DNA of 64,000 bases, taken from assembly GCA_030324005.1 (NCBI GenBank), contig JARDVH010000132.1:36260682-36324681 (forward strand), given 5' to 3'. The notes under the pieces were generated by a model that saw only the letters and a list, made by a program, of their open reading frames with translations, had not been told where the DNA came from and did no database searches. This document shows, piece by piece, positions 1-12,400 of this stretch. Source of the stretch: Negaprion brevirostris (lineage: Eukaryota). The stretch's first letter is position 1. Each line of letters starts with the position of its first letter. Made by a program: the position numbers and the translations under genes.

Positions 1-271
1 AACAGTTCTACTAGGTAAGTTCTTACTACAAAAGTGTTTTAAACTTATTTAAACAGGTTTTTAACAGGTAATTTCTTGTCTCTCTGCTCCTTCACTTGTC
101 TGCTCCAGCACACAAATGCTCTCAAATGGTAAGTTACCAAGCAGCTGAAATGGATGGGTAATTCCTTAAAACTCTGCATTATGAATATTTCCACAAAAAT
201 TAGCAGCAAATTTATTTTCACAATGCAAAACACCTGTACTTACCACTGAACACAGAACAAAACTGACTTAC

Positions 272-1728
272 CTGCATTCTGTAGAGTTTCAATATTTTGT
301 GGTCTTGTTGCAAGTTCTGCAATTGTTTGTACAAATTGTGCCCTAGCCTTCTGGTATTGCTCAAAAACTGTGGTGGGGGAGGGAAAGGGTGGGGTAAAAA
401 TAAAAGTAAACAAATTCTTGAAACATTAATTCTCATATATAATGATTCAACAAGTGTTCTAAAACAAAGCAGATAATACTAACTGTGGTTCAATAGTAGA
501 ACTCTTGCCTTTGAATCAGACAGTTAGGGGTTCAAGTCTAACTCCAGAATATAAAATATAAGCTGACACTTCAGTACAATACCAAGAGAGTGCTGCACTG
601 TGTTAGAGGCCCTGTCTTTCAAATGAGCTGTTAAAAGTGAAGTCCTGCCTTCCCACTCAGGGGCTATAAAAGATTCCGTGGCACTGTTTGAAGAGATGGG
701 AAATTCCCCTGGCTAATATTTACCCCTCAAATAATATCACAAAATAGGTTTATCACCACATTGGTGCCTGTGGTAAACTGCAGTCCAGTTTCTGACATGA
801 TAACATTAACTACAATTTGTATAAAATTCATTGACTATGAAGCACTTTGGGACATCCTGCGATGCTATATAAATGCAAGTATTTACTTTTGTATAAATAA
901 TCACTGCTTAATTGCAATTTCAGATCAAATAAATAACTTTACATCCTTCCCTTGTCTATTAAGATCAATAATTTTTAACTGATTCATTTCTAATGAAAAG
1001 CAGCCAGCATAATCAAGGACCCCATGCACCCTAAACATACTTTCTTCCACCTTCTTCCATTGGGAAAAAGATACAAAAGTCTGAGGTCATGTACCAATTG
1101 ACTCAAGAACATCTTCTTCTCTGCTACCATTGGACTTCTGAACGGACCTACCTCATATCAAGTTGATCACAGAATCACTACAGAGAAGGCCATTGGACCC
1201 ATTGAGCTTGCACTGACAACAATCCCATCCAGGCTCTATCCCCATAACCCCATGTATTTACCCTGCTAGTTCCCACGACACCAAGGGACAATTTGTCATG
1301 ACTAATCAACCTAACCCGCACATCTTTGGACTGTGGGAGGAAACCGGTCTTTCACCCTAGCTATGATTGTAACACTCCATTCCGCACCCTCTCCTTTCCT
1401 TCTCTATGAGCGGTATGCTTTGTCAGTAAATTGCACAAGAAACCATACNNNNNNNNNNNNNNNNNNNNNNNNNNNNNNNNNNNNNNNNNNNNNNNNNNNN
1501 NNNNNNNNNNNNNNNNNNNNNNNNNNNNNNNNNNNNNNNNNNNNNNNNTTTCCTTCTCTATGAGCGGTATGCTTTGTCAGTAAATTGCACAAGAAACCAT
1601 ACTTTTCACTGTGCACCAATACATGTGACAATAATAAATCGAATCTAACAGTAGCCTTCATGAAACAAGTCAATAATGCTTATAATTTCTGAAAGATGAT
1701 TACCTTGTAAAGCTAATCTTTGAGTCAT
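272..1728 (-). CDS. SPAG6: Sperm-associated antigen 6 (armadillo-repeat axonemal central-pair protein), 5' part only. Coding exon 1 is 1704-1728 and exon 2 is 272-367; the gene continues beyond the left edge.
   Basis: Exon 1 reads GCACC-ATG ACT CAA AGA TTA GCT TTA CAA G|gtaatc (25 nt). Exon 2 reads cag|TTTTTGAGCAA...AATGCAG|gtaagt (96 nt). The spliced product MTQRLALQVFEQYQKARAQFVQTIAELATRPQNIETLQNAG matches the SPAG6 N-terminus. Its position downstream of BMI1 fits the known synteny. Confidence 0.95.
483..882 (+). mobile_element. DeuSINE (SacSINE1/AmnSINE-like), degenerate, in SPAG6 intron 1
   Basis: It has a tRNA-like head with B-box GGTTCAAGTC, a Deu-domain-like segment (taaaagattccgtggcactgtttgaagag...ctggctaatatttacccctcaa) and an L2-type tail (gctatataaatgcaagt). 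It is similar to the copy at 6145-6445. Confidence 0.65.
1020..1650 (+). mobile_element. 3' end of a Rex1/Babar-like LINE, interrupted by a SINE fragment and a gap
   Basis: The motifs actcaagaacatcttcttc...cttctgaacgg and the tail acatgtgacaataataaatc are typical of fish Rex1-like 3' ends (family recognised from memory). Confidence 0.45.
1168..1348 (-). mobile_element. HE1/V-SINE fragment (3' half)
   Basis: It is colinear with the fuller copy at 6758-7035 (aaggccatt.g.cccat.gag...acctaacc..cacat.tttggactgt.g.aggaaacc). Confidence 0.7.
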
Positions 1729-1819
1729 GGTGCCCGTACAGTGTGTAGATGATATATATTAGATGATATATATTGGATCCCACACACACGGGATCTGGTC
1801 CGCTGCTATGCTCTGCGCA

Positions 1820-1869
1820 GTGTCCAAGACAACCGGTGAATTGTGCTGTGCCGCGGTTACCACGGCGAC
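1820..1869. promoter_or_regulatory. Two RFX X-box-like motifs in the SPAG6 promoter/5' leader
   Basis: GTTACCACGGCGAC (1856-1869) and GTGTCCAAGACAAC (1820-1833) resemble the palindromic GTTRCCATGGYAAC consensus. They sit in a CpG-rich patch about 90-140 nt upstream of the ATG of a ciliary gene. Confidence 0.6.
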
Positions 1870-2320
1870 GAACCGGAAGGGGATGCTGGCCGATCCTTGG
1901 TGGAGGTCGCCACTTTGTGATTGTGAGCTGAAGCGCGTGAGCGGAGCGGCTTGTAGAGTGTGAGCTCCGCTCATTATTACCGTTGTCACTTGTTGTTAGC
2001 AAGTGTTTAGAGTGCGAGTCTGCAACTTGAAGCTCTCAAGCATTCCCCCCACACTTTTTTTCTCTCTTGTTCCCCGCTTTGATTGNNNNNNNNNNNNNNN
2101 NNNNNNNNNNNNNNNNNNNNNNNNNNNNNNNNNNNNNNNNNNNNNNNNNNNNNNNNNNNNNNNNNNNNNNNNNNNNNNNNNNNNNNAGTGCTGTGGTTCT
2201 CGGCCTGTGTCGCCGATTCTACAGTGCAAATGCCATATTTTCCGATAAAAAATATAATCGGCTGTGCAATACTCCACAGTACAATTCACCTGAACATGTA
2301 TTAAGCATGCAGTGTGTTGT

Positions 2321-2394
2321 ACAATCTTGTTAAGCATGCTCTCTTGGGACTAAATTTTTCTTTAGTCCCAAGAGAGCATGCTTAACAAGATTGT
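2321..2394. repeat. Perfect inverted repeat with 34-bp arms and a 6-nt loop
   Basis: acaatcttgttaagcatgctctcttgggactaaa (2321-2354), then tttttc, then its exact reverse complement (2361-2394). Confidence 0.95.
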
Positions 2395-2675
2395 TAGGAA
2401 CCCCAAGAGTAAAACACGAATTCAGTTAAAGATATTTACATCTTGAAAGGTTAAAGCGGAAACGATTCAAGTAGCAGCAAATGCAAACGCGAGCTCTGTC
2501 TCAGCATCTTTGCGATCGTCCTGAATACAAATGCCTTTGCTCAATATTAAAGTGATTTGTGGCTGGTGTTTTGACTTTTGATTGCGTAACATGTGGAGAA
2601 ATCGTTTATAGAGTCAATGTCATGCAACAAATGCTTCTTGACTGGCGGTCCTACCTAGATACCAAGAAAATCAAA

Positions 2676-3120
2676 ATCACGGAAATGTTACATTGCAGAA
2701 GGCGGCGTTCAGCCCATCGTGCCTGCACCGGCTCTCCAATGAGCAATACACTTAGTGCCACTTGCCTCCTTCTCCCTACACATTCTTCTTTTTCAGATAA
2801 GCCTTTTGAATGCTTGATTGAACCTGGTTCCACCATACTGTCAGGCACTGCATTTAGACCTTAACCACTCCCGGCGTGAAAACGTTTTTCCTCGTGTCAT
2901 TAAGTGCTTATTTTAACCAATTATTATAAGTCTGTTCTCCCTAGTTCTTGATCCTTTTGCCGTGAACACAGTTTCTCCCTTTCTATTCTATCCAGGACCC
3001 TCAATTTTGAATACCTCTGTCAAATCTCTGCTCAGCCTTCTTTTCTCCAAGGAAAACAGTTCGTTTTTCCCAATCAATTGTCATAACTTGCGTTTTTCAC
3101 CCCTGGAACTAGTCTGGTGA
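2676..3120 (-). mobile_element. Degenerate CR1/HER1-like LINE 3' end
   Basis: It carries the shared tail motif (cattcagcccatcgtgcctgcaccggctc-like) and reverse-strand CR1 3' sequence like that at 40052-40625. Confidence 0.55.
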
Positions 3121-6100
3121 ACAATCATAACCATTTTCGCAGAACAAAATGTGTGCCTATTATGTATGAAACAATATAGGTGAAAAAATAATTCGCCAAG
3201 AACAATCCATGTTTAGACTGCGTATACGTCTATGTTCTAAAATACAATGTTCTACTTTTTGAAATGGGCTAGCCAGCTACCACGAACAGCAACTGAAATT
3301 GTAAATTGTGTCCATCTAAGGCCTGAATTTAAGTTACTCACACTGATATGTTAAATATATACAATTTATTTTACATCTCAACCCTCTTTTAATGGTCGTG
3401 TGTTTGTAAGAATATACAAAAAGCTTCTTTGGATGCTGCCCTTCATATCCAGTTGGTCCTGCTACTCATGGTTGGTTCTNNNNNNNNNNNNNNNNNNNNN
3501 NNNNNNNNNNNNNNNNNNNNNNNNNNNNNNNNNNNNNNNNNNNNNNNNNNNNNNNNNNNNNNNNNNNNNNNNNNNNNNNNNNNNNNNNNNNNNNNNNNNN
3601 NNNNNNNNNNNNNNNNNNNNNNNNNNNNNNNNNNNNNNNNNNNNNNNNNNNNNNNNNNNNNNNNNNNNNNNNNNNNNNNNNNNNNNNNNNNNNNNNNNNN
3701 NNNNNNNNNNNNNNNNNNNNNNNNNNNNNNNNNNNNNNNNNNNNNNNNNNNNNNNNNNNNNNNNNNNNNNNNNNNNNNNNNNNNNNNNNNNNNNNNNNNN
3801 NNNNNNNNNNNNNNNNNNNNNNNNNNNNNNNNNNNNNNNNNNNNNNNNNNNNNNNNNNNNNNNNNNNNNNNNNNNNNNNNNNNNNNNNNNNNNNNNNNNN
3901 NNNNNTCGCGAAGAGCGATTAAGTTTTTAGTTTCGTTCCTTTTTGCCGATTTATGTGTCAATCGTGAAGTTTCACCAAACAGGTCAAAGTAAATGACAAC
4001 TGACGCAAAAATACTTGAACAAGAACTTACCTTTAAAATGTGAGGGTCGCCGCATGATAAACCAGTGCGAGTAACCATGTTTCCAAAATGCTGTGTGGAG
4101 TGGAAAGTGAAACTGTGAAACCAGTTTACTAACTCTGGCCGTCCTACATCTGACTTAATCCGTTACTGGGGTAATTACGCATCGATCGGCATTTCAAGGC
4201 CCGCCTCTAGTATTTGAACGTCACAGCTTGGAGCTGCTGAACTGCATCTCATTGACCCGGCGCTAGGCTGTCAATCAGTAGCTTTTGTCGTAATGAAATG
4301 GCTGTTTAAGGAGGTCCGATATAATTTAGGGACTAGGTACGGAACATTCTACAAACGTCTCAATTATGATTTGGGTGTCATTAAATATCTATAATAATAA
4401 CAGAAAAAAATCCGAATATTTTAAAGATTACAATTTTATTGGTTGTCAGGATAAAAACCTACGTCTGAAGCCATTTGCGACGCGAAATCGGTTAGTAATT
4501 TCGACCTTTGTCTATCTTTGAAAATTGAACTGTTGTGATTGCATGGGCCAAGCGCCAGTGATGCTCAACATTCACACTGAAACTTGAACTTTCTCAAGGG
4601 CATTTAAGCAGCTCATTTGTCATCTCATTACTATATCCCGTTAAACAGTGTTAAGGATGAATGCTTAGACATTGGCGAGTTCTGATATGTTCAGGTTGCG
4701 GAGTGCACGTTTGTATTTTTTTAACATATTCGATTATATATTACTGCCCAGTAATGGATCAGCGTATTGATCAAAATGTTTTGCCAGCTTCATGTATTAA
4801 AACTATTGGCTGCACGACCACCAAATCTTATAACCCTTGGAGAGACCAAGGCGATAGTCTGTTTAATGATTAACTAAATTTACAGGTCTGAATAGGGAGG
4901 AGGGGATTAGCCGTAGCAACTAGCACATAACTTCATAATTTTATACAAACAATTGGATTGGCACCATAACCTACTGAGGAATGTAAACCTTAAACACGTG
5001 ATCTTCATCCGTGCTCGCTTTAGCCAACTTACCTCAATACAAAGCAGTTCCATGTTTCCACTGAAATTGATTATCCGGGAAAAAAGCTCTGAAACTTACT
5101 GTTTACACCATAAGACCATAAGACATAGGAGCAGAATTAGGCCACTCTGCCCATCGAGTCTGTACCGCCAATGTTGGCGTTTGCTGTTGGTCTTCTCCTG
5201 AAGAATAGTTTGTACAATATTGTATTTATGAACTGTTTTCTCACCAAAAGAAATATTTCTGTGGTCCAATACTAACTATAATGTCAATGTCCACCATTTA
5301 TTTTTTAAAGTGCATTTTAAAGGATATCTTTGGAATTATTCAAAACTAGTACGTACTAGTACACTCGGTTCCAAACAAATGCAAAGCTACAAATATTCGA
5401 TATGCAAACGACGCACAATCTGGAATATAACAGCCAGACGAGTTCAATATTTGTATATAATGACGATACGACGCTAATGCTGCGGCAGTTTTTCCATGAG
5501 TTGATATAAAAGGTCGCATAGCCCACATAAGGCGCTGTTGCTGCTGGGTTAAACCCAAAACCAGCCCACGCGGAAACTAAAAAAAAAACAACATCGAAGG
5601 AGTGGATTTCCGTAACGAAACTCTGGTTGATTTTTGCCATCATTTAATGTATTTTGCATTCAACATATCAAGCAAACTGGCGAGGAACTACTAGAATATG
5701 AAAGGTTCGCATTGTAATGCCATCGCGACCTGCTCAAGGTGAAATTGTGATGACATTCGTGTGATAACTCAGGTCTCTGCTACCACGGGGGAAGAAACGA
5801 GGCAAGAAAAATGCGCATGTGCAGGCACTTACACTACGTATAATGTGCTTAATAATGATATTTATCAAATGTGAGATGTCATTATAGGTAAATCTTTTTT
5901 GCCACTCTATGTATTCAAATACAAGAGTATTTTTCCTCTTACATTTTTACTTTAAACTTCTATTTCTAAGAATAGTTATATAGAGGAAATATCCCAAACG
6001 TGCAGAACAGATATGGTGTTGGAGAACGAACTGCGTGTGGTTCTTCTGTTCTCTGCACTACTTTTCATAGATATTTTTAAAAATATGTTTGGCTTCAAGT

Positions 6101-6144
6101 AAATTATTCAACTCGACTGTGGGACAAATCATCGTCAAAAGTGC

Positions 6145-6445
6145 CCTGGCTCAAATGGAAGGCTAAATGGAGGCTCCGTCTGTCCTGTCATGTAGATTAT
6201 GGCACTAGTTCGAAGGAGAGCAGAAGAATTATACCTCTATCCTGGCCAATATTTATCCTTCAATCAACATCACAGACATGATCTGTTTATTATTACATTG
6301 CTGTCAGTGGGTAATTGCTGTGTGCAAATTGCCTGCCGCATTTCCTTTATTGCAATGGTGACTACACTTCACAAAAAAAAGTCCATTCGCTCTGGAACGC
6401 GTTGCGAAGTCCTGAGATCCTGAAAGTCGCTATATGAATGCATAT
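6145..6445 (+). mobile_element. DeuSINE, internally deleted
   Basis: Deu-domain-like atggcactagttcgaaggagagcag...cctggccaatatttatccttcaatcaacatcac, with tail aaagtcgctatatgaatgca. Confidence 0.65.
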
Positions 6446-6757
6446 CATTATTTTGTTTTTATAACAATTCATCCCTGCTTTTTTCGGCACTTTGGGGCAC
6501 TAATTGCACCATCTGCTAAATCCACTGGCCTCTCAAATCATAAAATACGACTGGCCTGCATTGGATATACTGCTGTGATTCAAGGTTGGCAGAAAATGTA
6601 AACTTTCTTTGCCGTTTAGATAAGCAGACAATGATATAGCACTGATGTTACTATTCAAAATCACATAATCATCAACTACACTCACAGCTTTACTTTAGGT
6701 TATTACTCAAAATGATTCGGTTCCAGGCCTGTCATTTGCAAGAAGAAACCGAACATT

Positions 6758-7035
6758 CATAGAATCCTTGCAGTGATAAGGCCATTCGGCCCATCGAGTC
6801 TGCACCGACCACAATCCCATCCGGGCCTATCACCGTAACCCCACATATTTACCCTTCTAATCCCCTGATACGAAGGGGCAATTTAGCATGGCTAATCCAC
6901 CTAACCTACACATTTTTGGACTGTAGAAGGAAACCCCGGGAAACACGGGGAGAATGTGCAAACTCCGCAGTTATCCGAGGCCGGAATTGAACCTGGGTCC
7001 CTAGCATTGTGAGGTAGCAATGCCACTATGCCACC
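6758..7035 (-). mobile_element. HE1-like tRNA-derived V-SINE, near full length
   Basis: The minus strand begins GGTGGCATAGTGG (A-box) ... GGTTCAATTCC (B-box). A V-domain-like core (GGAGTTTGCACATTCTCCCCGTGT) follows, then a CR1-derived tail ending TTCTATG. Confidence 0.8.
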
Positions 7036-9029
7036 ATTAGTTGCTTTCGGTCTCAGACAGGATACGGATCTTTAACTTGACGTTCGCTTGATGCATAAAG
7101 AAAAACGTTGAACCTATANNNNNNNNNNNNNNNNNNNNNNNNNNNGCAGTAGAAATTACTAAACAAGTAGTCATGCGTTTATTAACGCAATATCTACGTG
7201 CTTTTACGAAGGGCTATTCGAGCTGGCTATGGAACATTCGTTTGGTCCATTCTCAAGTTGACATTTTTACAGATACAACGTGTTGCTAATGAGTCATTTT
7301 ACATTTCAGAAGTAGTAACATTAATGCCAGATGTAGTAACGTCATTACATATCATGGTCATATCTCATGGCCCATTAACACCCACAGGAGCGAGGAAACT
7401 AATAATGTCAAGCCTGTGAATAACAATGTTTGTTCTCACATGTCAAATTCATGTATACGAAATATTGTACATCGTGTCTTTTTTTCCCCTTCTGAGCTTC
7501 ATCGACTGTTCCCTCCCACGCACCGTACAGGGGCCCGAGGAATACAGATTAGGTTATATATATTGATGTGCAGTTAAAAAAATCACACTTCCAAATGAAA
7601 TGAAGCTCATTTCTTTGAACAACCAATCTCATGTGAAGTAAAAGTGACGTTTTTAATGACAACGTCTTTCTGTGCACGTTCTTACGTGTTTTTGGAGCGC
7701 CGCTGTTTTTCTAAGCTGTACGCTGGATTTTACGGTTCGTTTTTGCCACTAGCATATTGCCACAGTATTCAACCTTCCCTGCACAACATTAACTACCCAC
7801 CCAATTCAACTGAAATAGGCGAGGCGAAATTCTACTAGTAAAGTCATTATGCAGTGTTAATGAAGCTGATCGTTTTACTGAAACGATGGTCAGAATCCAT
7901 TGCGGGCTGGCGTGGGGGCGGGGAGGTTGGGCGAGGGGGGACATGCTGAGAAAATGTTTCTCCCACAGGAGGTGTTGGGTGGGTGGTGGTGGCGGACGTC
8001 AGTGTTTGGGAAATATTGTCACAGTGATACTGGATATAGGCCTTATTGGAATCCATGCATCATGTTTATTTTTAAACAAGGGTTCCTCGTATTCCGGAAA
8101 TAAAATTGACCTTCTTCACCTACGCCGGAAAGACAAAACTAACCTCTGCCTTAGTCAGTGTGGAATGGGAATATTTGTTTAATTGCAATGGGGGGGGGGA
8201 GGGGGTTGCATTCGACGTACATCGTATGATATATTCAAAAGGATGCCGTTTATCAGAAAAAATATTCAGGTTAAAGCAAAAGCCTGCCCACTAAGTTCCA
8301 AACTGCAACTAGGTAAGAGGCGAGAGGCAATTTGTGGAATGGAAGTGGGAGAATCGCTGTTTTGTTTTCCCCATATTGTTCATTTTGCCTCTATGGAAGC
8401 CACTGGCAAAAATGTAGACAATCTTACAATTCAATTAAGCAATTTAATTTTGTACGGTTTGATCATGGTCTGCCGACCGGCCTTTTGCGTTGTATTTTCC
8501 CATTGCACGTCAAAAGTTGACTCAGCACGTTCGCCGCCCACGAAGCAGCGGCAGCTGTGATTATGGCTGAATTCTTCGAATTCAAAATGATGCGTAAACA
8601 TCTCAACACCAACAGTAATTGGTGAAATGCTTCGAGATTTCACTCCCCAAACCCCACAGCTACAAGGGGATGGTCAGATTATTAATCACGTGCATTTTTA
8701 GGGGTATCCGACCTGTGATATTGAAGACGTATCTCTCTCGTTTTTTGTGTTGTTTGCAGTTAATTAGCTTGATTATAAGATGTAGTGCATCCGCGGCTGG
8801 TTTCCATTTGTTTAGGGAACGATGTAATTCATGTCACTGGGCTGTAGCTTCACAGCGTCGAAAGAACTATGGTAGCCGTGTTCACACATGCTTCTAATCT
8901 ATCCTTCCGGGAACCTGAACGGGAACATGTGGCGTTTTATTCGTTTAGTGCATTCATATGGCATGTTTTGAGTCTCTGACATTTTTCCTATTCGCCATTG
9001 AGGCAAGATGACCTGTAGATAACAATGTC

Positions 9030-9430
9030 ACGGTAGCGCCAGCTTCTGGGTCGAGAAGGTTGTAGCTTCAAGCCATCATCAGATGTGCCAGCTTTCAGTT
9101 AAGGCGTTAAACCTTGGTGCATTCTGTGTTATGGTTTCCACAGCATGGTTTAACCTGGCTGGAATAAAATGGAAATGAAAACTGGGAATCTGAAATGCAA
9201 ACAGAATGCTGAAAATACACATAGGTCGGTCAGCGTGCATGGAAAGAAGGCAGACGCTAAACGACTTGCTGCGTATTTCCAGAATTTCTTGTAATTATTA
9301 ATTATGAAGTCCTTCACCATTATGATGAATATTCTTACCTCAGTCAACACGACCAGTCGTTGTTGCATTGTTTTAACTATGTTCCCAACGGCTGCCATAT
9401 TTGCTTACATAAAAACGGTCACTGCGATTC
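9030..9430 (+). mobile_element. Highly degenerate DeuSINE-like remnant
   Basis: Patchy similarity to the copies at 483-882 and 6145-6445 in the head, the aatattcttacctcagtcaacacgac segment and the ggctgccatatttgcttacat segment. Confidence 0.4.
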
Positions 9431-12400
9431 TACTATATCAGCAGTAATAACTTACAACCCAACTGGCGTCAGTTGGAAATCTCGATTAGAGGTGAGACCA
9501 CCTGATCAGATTATCTTCTATTAGCCTCCCCAAACTGAACAAACGCCGACAGTGCCAAATAGAAATGAAGCTGGAGTCAAGTCGCAGTCCAAGCATGACA
9601 ACGATGTAGAATTTGATTCAGGACTTCATAATGTTTGTTCCATTCTGTTAAGGAGGCATGTCAATGATCAGGAGGACCGATCTCCGCGAAGGGGGCGAGA
9701 GCTACAAGCGACAGTTACTCTTATATCTTCCTTCTTGAGGGGGGGAGACCTGGACTCCAATTATTTCCACCAGAAAGCAAATGAACCAATACTTTTGTGC
9801 AATAATCTATTCAAACGAGTAGATGTTAGAAAATGCAGCCAGCAACTTATGTTACATTGTGGCCAAAAGTAACGTTGGCTGCCAGGTCTAAGCAACCATG
9901 ATGTGAAGAGTTCTATTTCCTAGTGGCTGTCCTTCTTTAAATATCAAAGCAGCCAGGGACAGTGTGTGCTTTCTCAAAATGAATATAACTCAATGCTGGT
10001 GAGCCCACTGAAAATTACCTCGGAGCTTCTTGAATCCGTCCTAATACCGGATTGATGTCCGATTACTCGTCCCGGGAGATAAATTCCAACAAGCTGGAGG
10101 AATCTCAAACACCTTGACTTTAACTCATGGGTCTGTCAGATTGGGTCTATGTGATATTGCATTTTTGAGGCACATGTCCGTGTAAGGATGGATGCATGAC
10201 TGCAGCCTGCGCTTCCGATGATACAAAATAAATCTTTGTTTTCTATTATTAAAATTTCACCGGCGGTAGACGACAATATGCGTGTGAAAGAGAACATCTC
10301 ATTCAATCAATTTGTGTACAGGAATTCTTCCTTAAGCTTTTTTTTAAATTTTCCACGCAATAATTTTAAATAATATTTAAAATTGTAGATGTGTTCCTAA
10401 TGCCTTTCATATTCCGAAGAAGTTACACTCCAAACTGCGTCATTAAAATGTAAATGTTAATCAGATTCTTCAACAAGTTTGAACCACCTGTTTTAGGATG
10501 TACCTCATGAGGGAGCGGGGGTGGTGAGAGTGGACTCCAAAGCAGAGCTCCTCTACTCTTCCTCCTTGAAGAACAGTACCTTCTGGCTTCCCATTACAAA
10601 CCAACCACGAGTTTAATCTGGTAACTTATTCAAAGATCTGAATGCAATATTATTCGCTAATTCTGCGATCTTCCATATACTGGTACTGATTTCTACTAAC
10701 TCTTAAGAATGGTTTGCCATTTATCTCAACCCGAACATTAAAATAGAAGCTACAATCACATCGAAGGTTTCGGAGATTTGCCTTGTTCACAAATAGGTTC
10801 ACAAATTTTTTTGAACTGAATGTAGCAATGTCATTGTCCTAAAAGAGTGGCAAAGGGTATTCTGGTCCTAAGAGTCTCCAGTTAAAACCTAAATATGCTT
10901 ATTAGAATATTTTATTTCCAATTCTAAATTTTCCTTTATCCCTCTCTCCCCCTCCCCCATAACCTGACTGAAAGGGCGACAAGCCATCTGCCATTGCTTT
11001 ACTGGCTAGCCGCCGGAAAAAAATGCAATGGGAGAGTAATCACCGTGCCATGCATCACCTCTCTTAACCTGGCGCCGTATAATGTCCTGTGTTGGGATTT
11101 TCCTCCAGTGAAGTCGTTGACATGGATTTATGTTCAAACCACCTGCAATGTGATGGACGTTTGTTTTAATGAAAAAGGTTTAATTCAACGGTCAATGCAA
11201 CCACTTGACACTGCAAATAAATCTAGATTATCCGAGATCCTTGAAACCTCACCATTTCAGACACCGTTCACTATGTTGTCACGTTAAATAAATAATTCGA
11301 GTTTTATCAGTTTACGTGCTTCCTTGACCCATGTTTTTCCAAAAAAAAGTCTTTATAAATGTGTGTTCGGTTTAGAGGCACATAAGAAAAGGCATTCCCT
11401 CAAAATGTCTCCTTTACCCCAACCCCACCTTCACACACAAGGTCTAAAATAAATGCACAGTCAATGCAAGGCAACACGTTTTTTTCCTAACGTCATATTT
11501 CTTAGAATGGTTCTGTCCTCAAAAAACAACGTGTACCTGATGGTCCACCTTAGCGATCTATTGCTTCATAAAGTACTGCCTTCTTGGTCTGTTCAAAATC
11601 GTTGCGAGGAGTTGGTGTCATTCGGCAAATATTGTGTATTTAAAAGACTCAACCACTACCCACAAAAGTCAAACGTTTTGGCACTTGTACAAGCAGTTCG
11701 GTAAAGGAGTAGAAAAATGAAAGAAAAATCAATAATTCTGATGAGGTGACAAATTAACTTGCCTGTTCTCTCCGCGGGTGCTGACTGACCTTCAAAGTGT
11801 TTACAATATTTTCTGTTTTTATCTCATGTGCAGCTTTTTTTTTGCCAGTATTTCTACTCACGCGTTTAGGCAAAGTCACCGGTCTTTCAGACAGCACATG
11901 GTACAAATAGCAAGACGAAGTCAGCTGTGCCAGTCCGATCATTCAGAAACATTCCTGACATTAGGTGGCAGGAAGTGAAAATAGGGAATTCTGGAAGGGT
12001 ACCGCTTTCTCGGCTACAGTTTGGGCGATGATACACCTTCAGGCGTTAAACCTGATACAAATCCTGCAAGTGAAATTTGAGCTTTCTGAGAGGGCCCCAA
12101 AAGTGAAATCTCGCAAAGGCTTAAAAGGCTGTTGCTTGAATGCTGACTCTGCATCCAGTGCTGAATCACGACAACAAAGCTACCGATACGCCGCGGGTAG
12201 CAGAGAGTGAAGGGGTATCAGCCACAGATACACACAATTAGCGCCTTTAATCAAGTCTTTAAATTATATGACTACTTCATATATATAAATCTTTCTTGAC
12301 GTTCCACATAACGAGAATAGTAAACTTGACAAGTTGTTGGCTCACGTGCCAAACCAGAAGCAAAATCAAAGGCTAGAGATGGAATCAAGTATTGTCAAAA

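Noticed and set aside
238-271. Second GTAAGT donor 28 nt into SPAG6 intron 2
   Set aside because: Its use would cause a frameshift, and the intervening segment is too short to be an intron. There is no support from sequence alone.
1395-1602. Identical direct repeat of about 54 bp (tttccttctctatgagcgg...aaaccatac)
   Set aside because: The copies sit on either side of a 100-N gap, typical of overlapping contig ends. Similar short echoes flank the gaps near 14655 and 27095.
3400-4078. Long ORFs containing X runs (here and at other gaps)
   Set aside because: They are artefacts of translating through N gaps.
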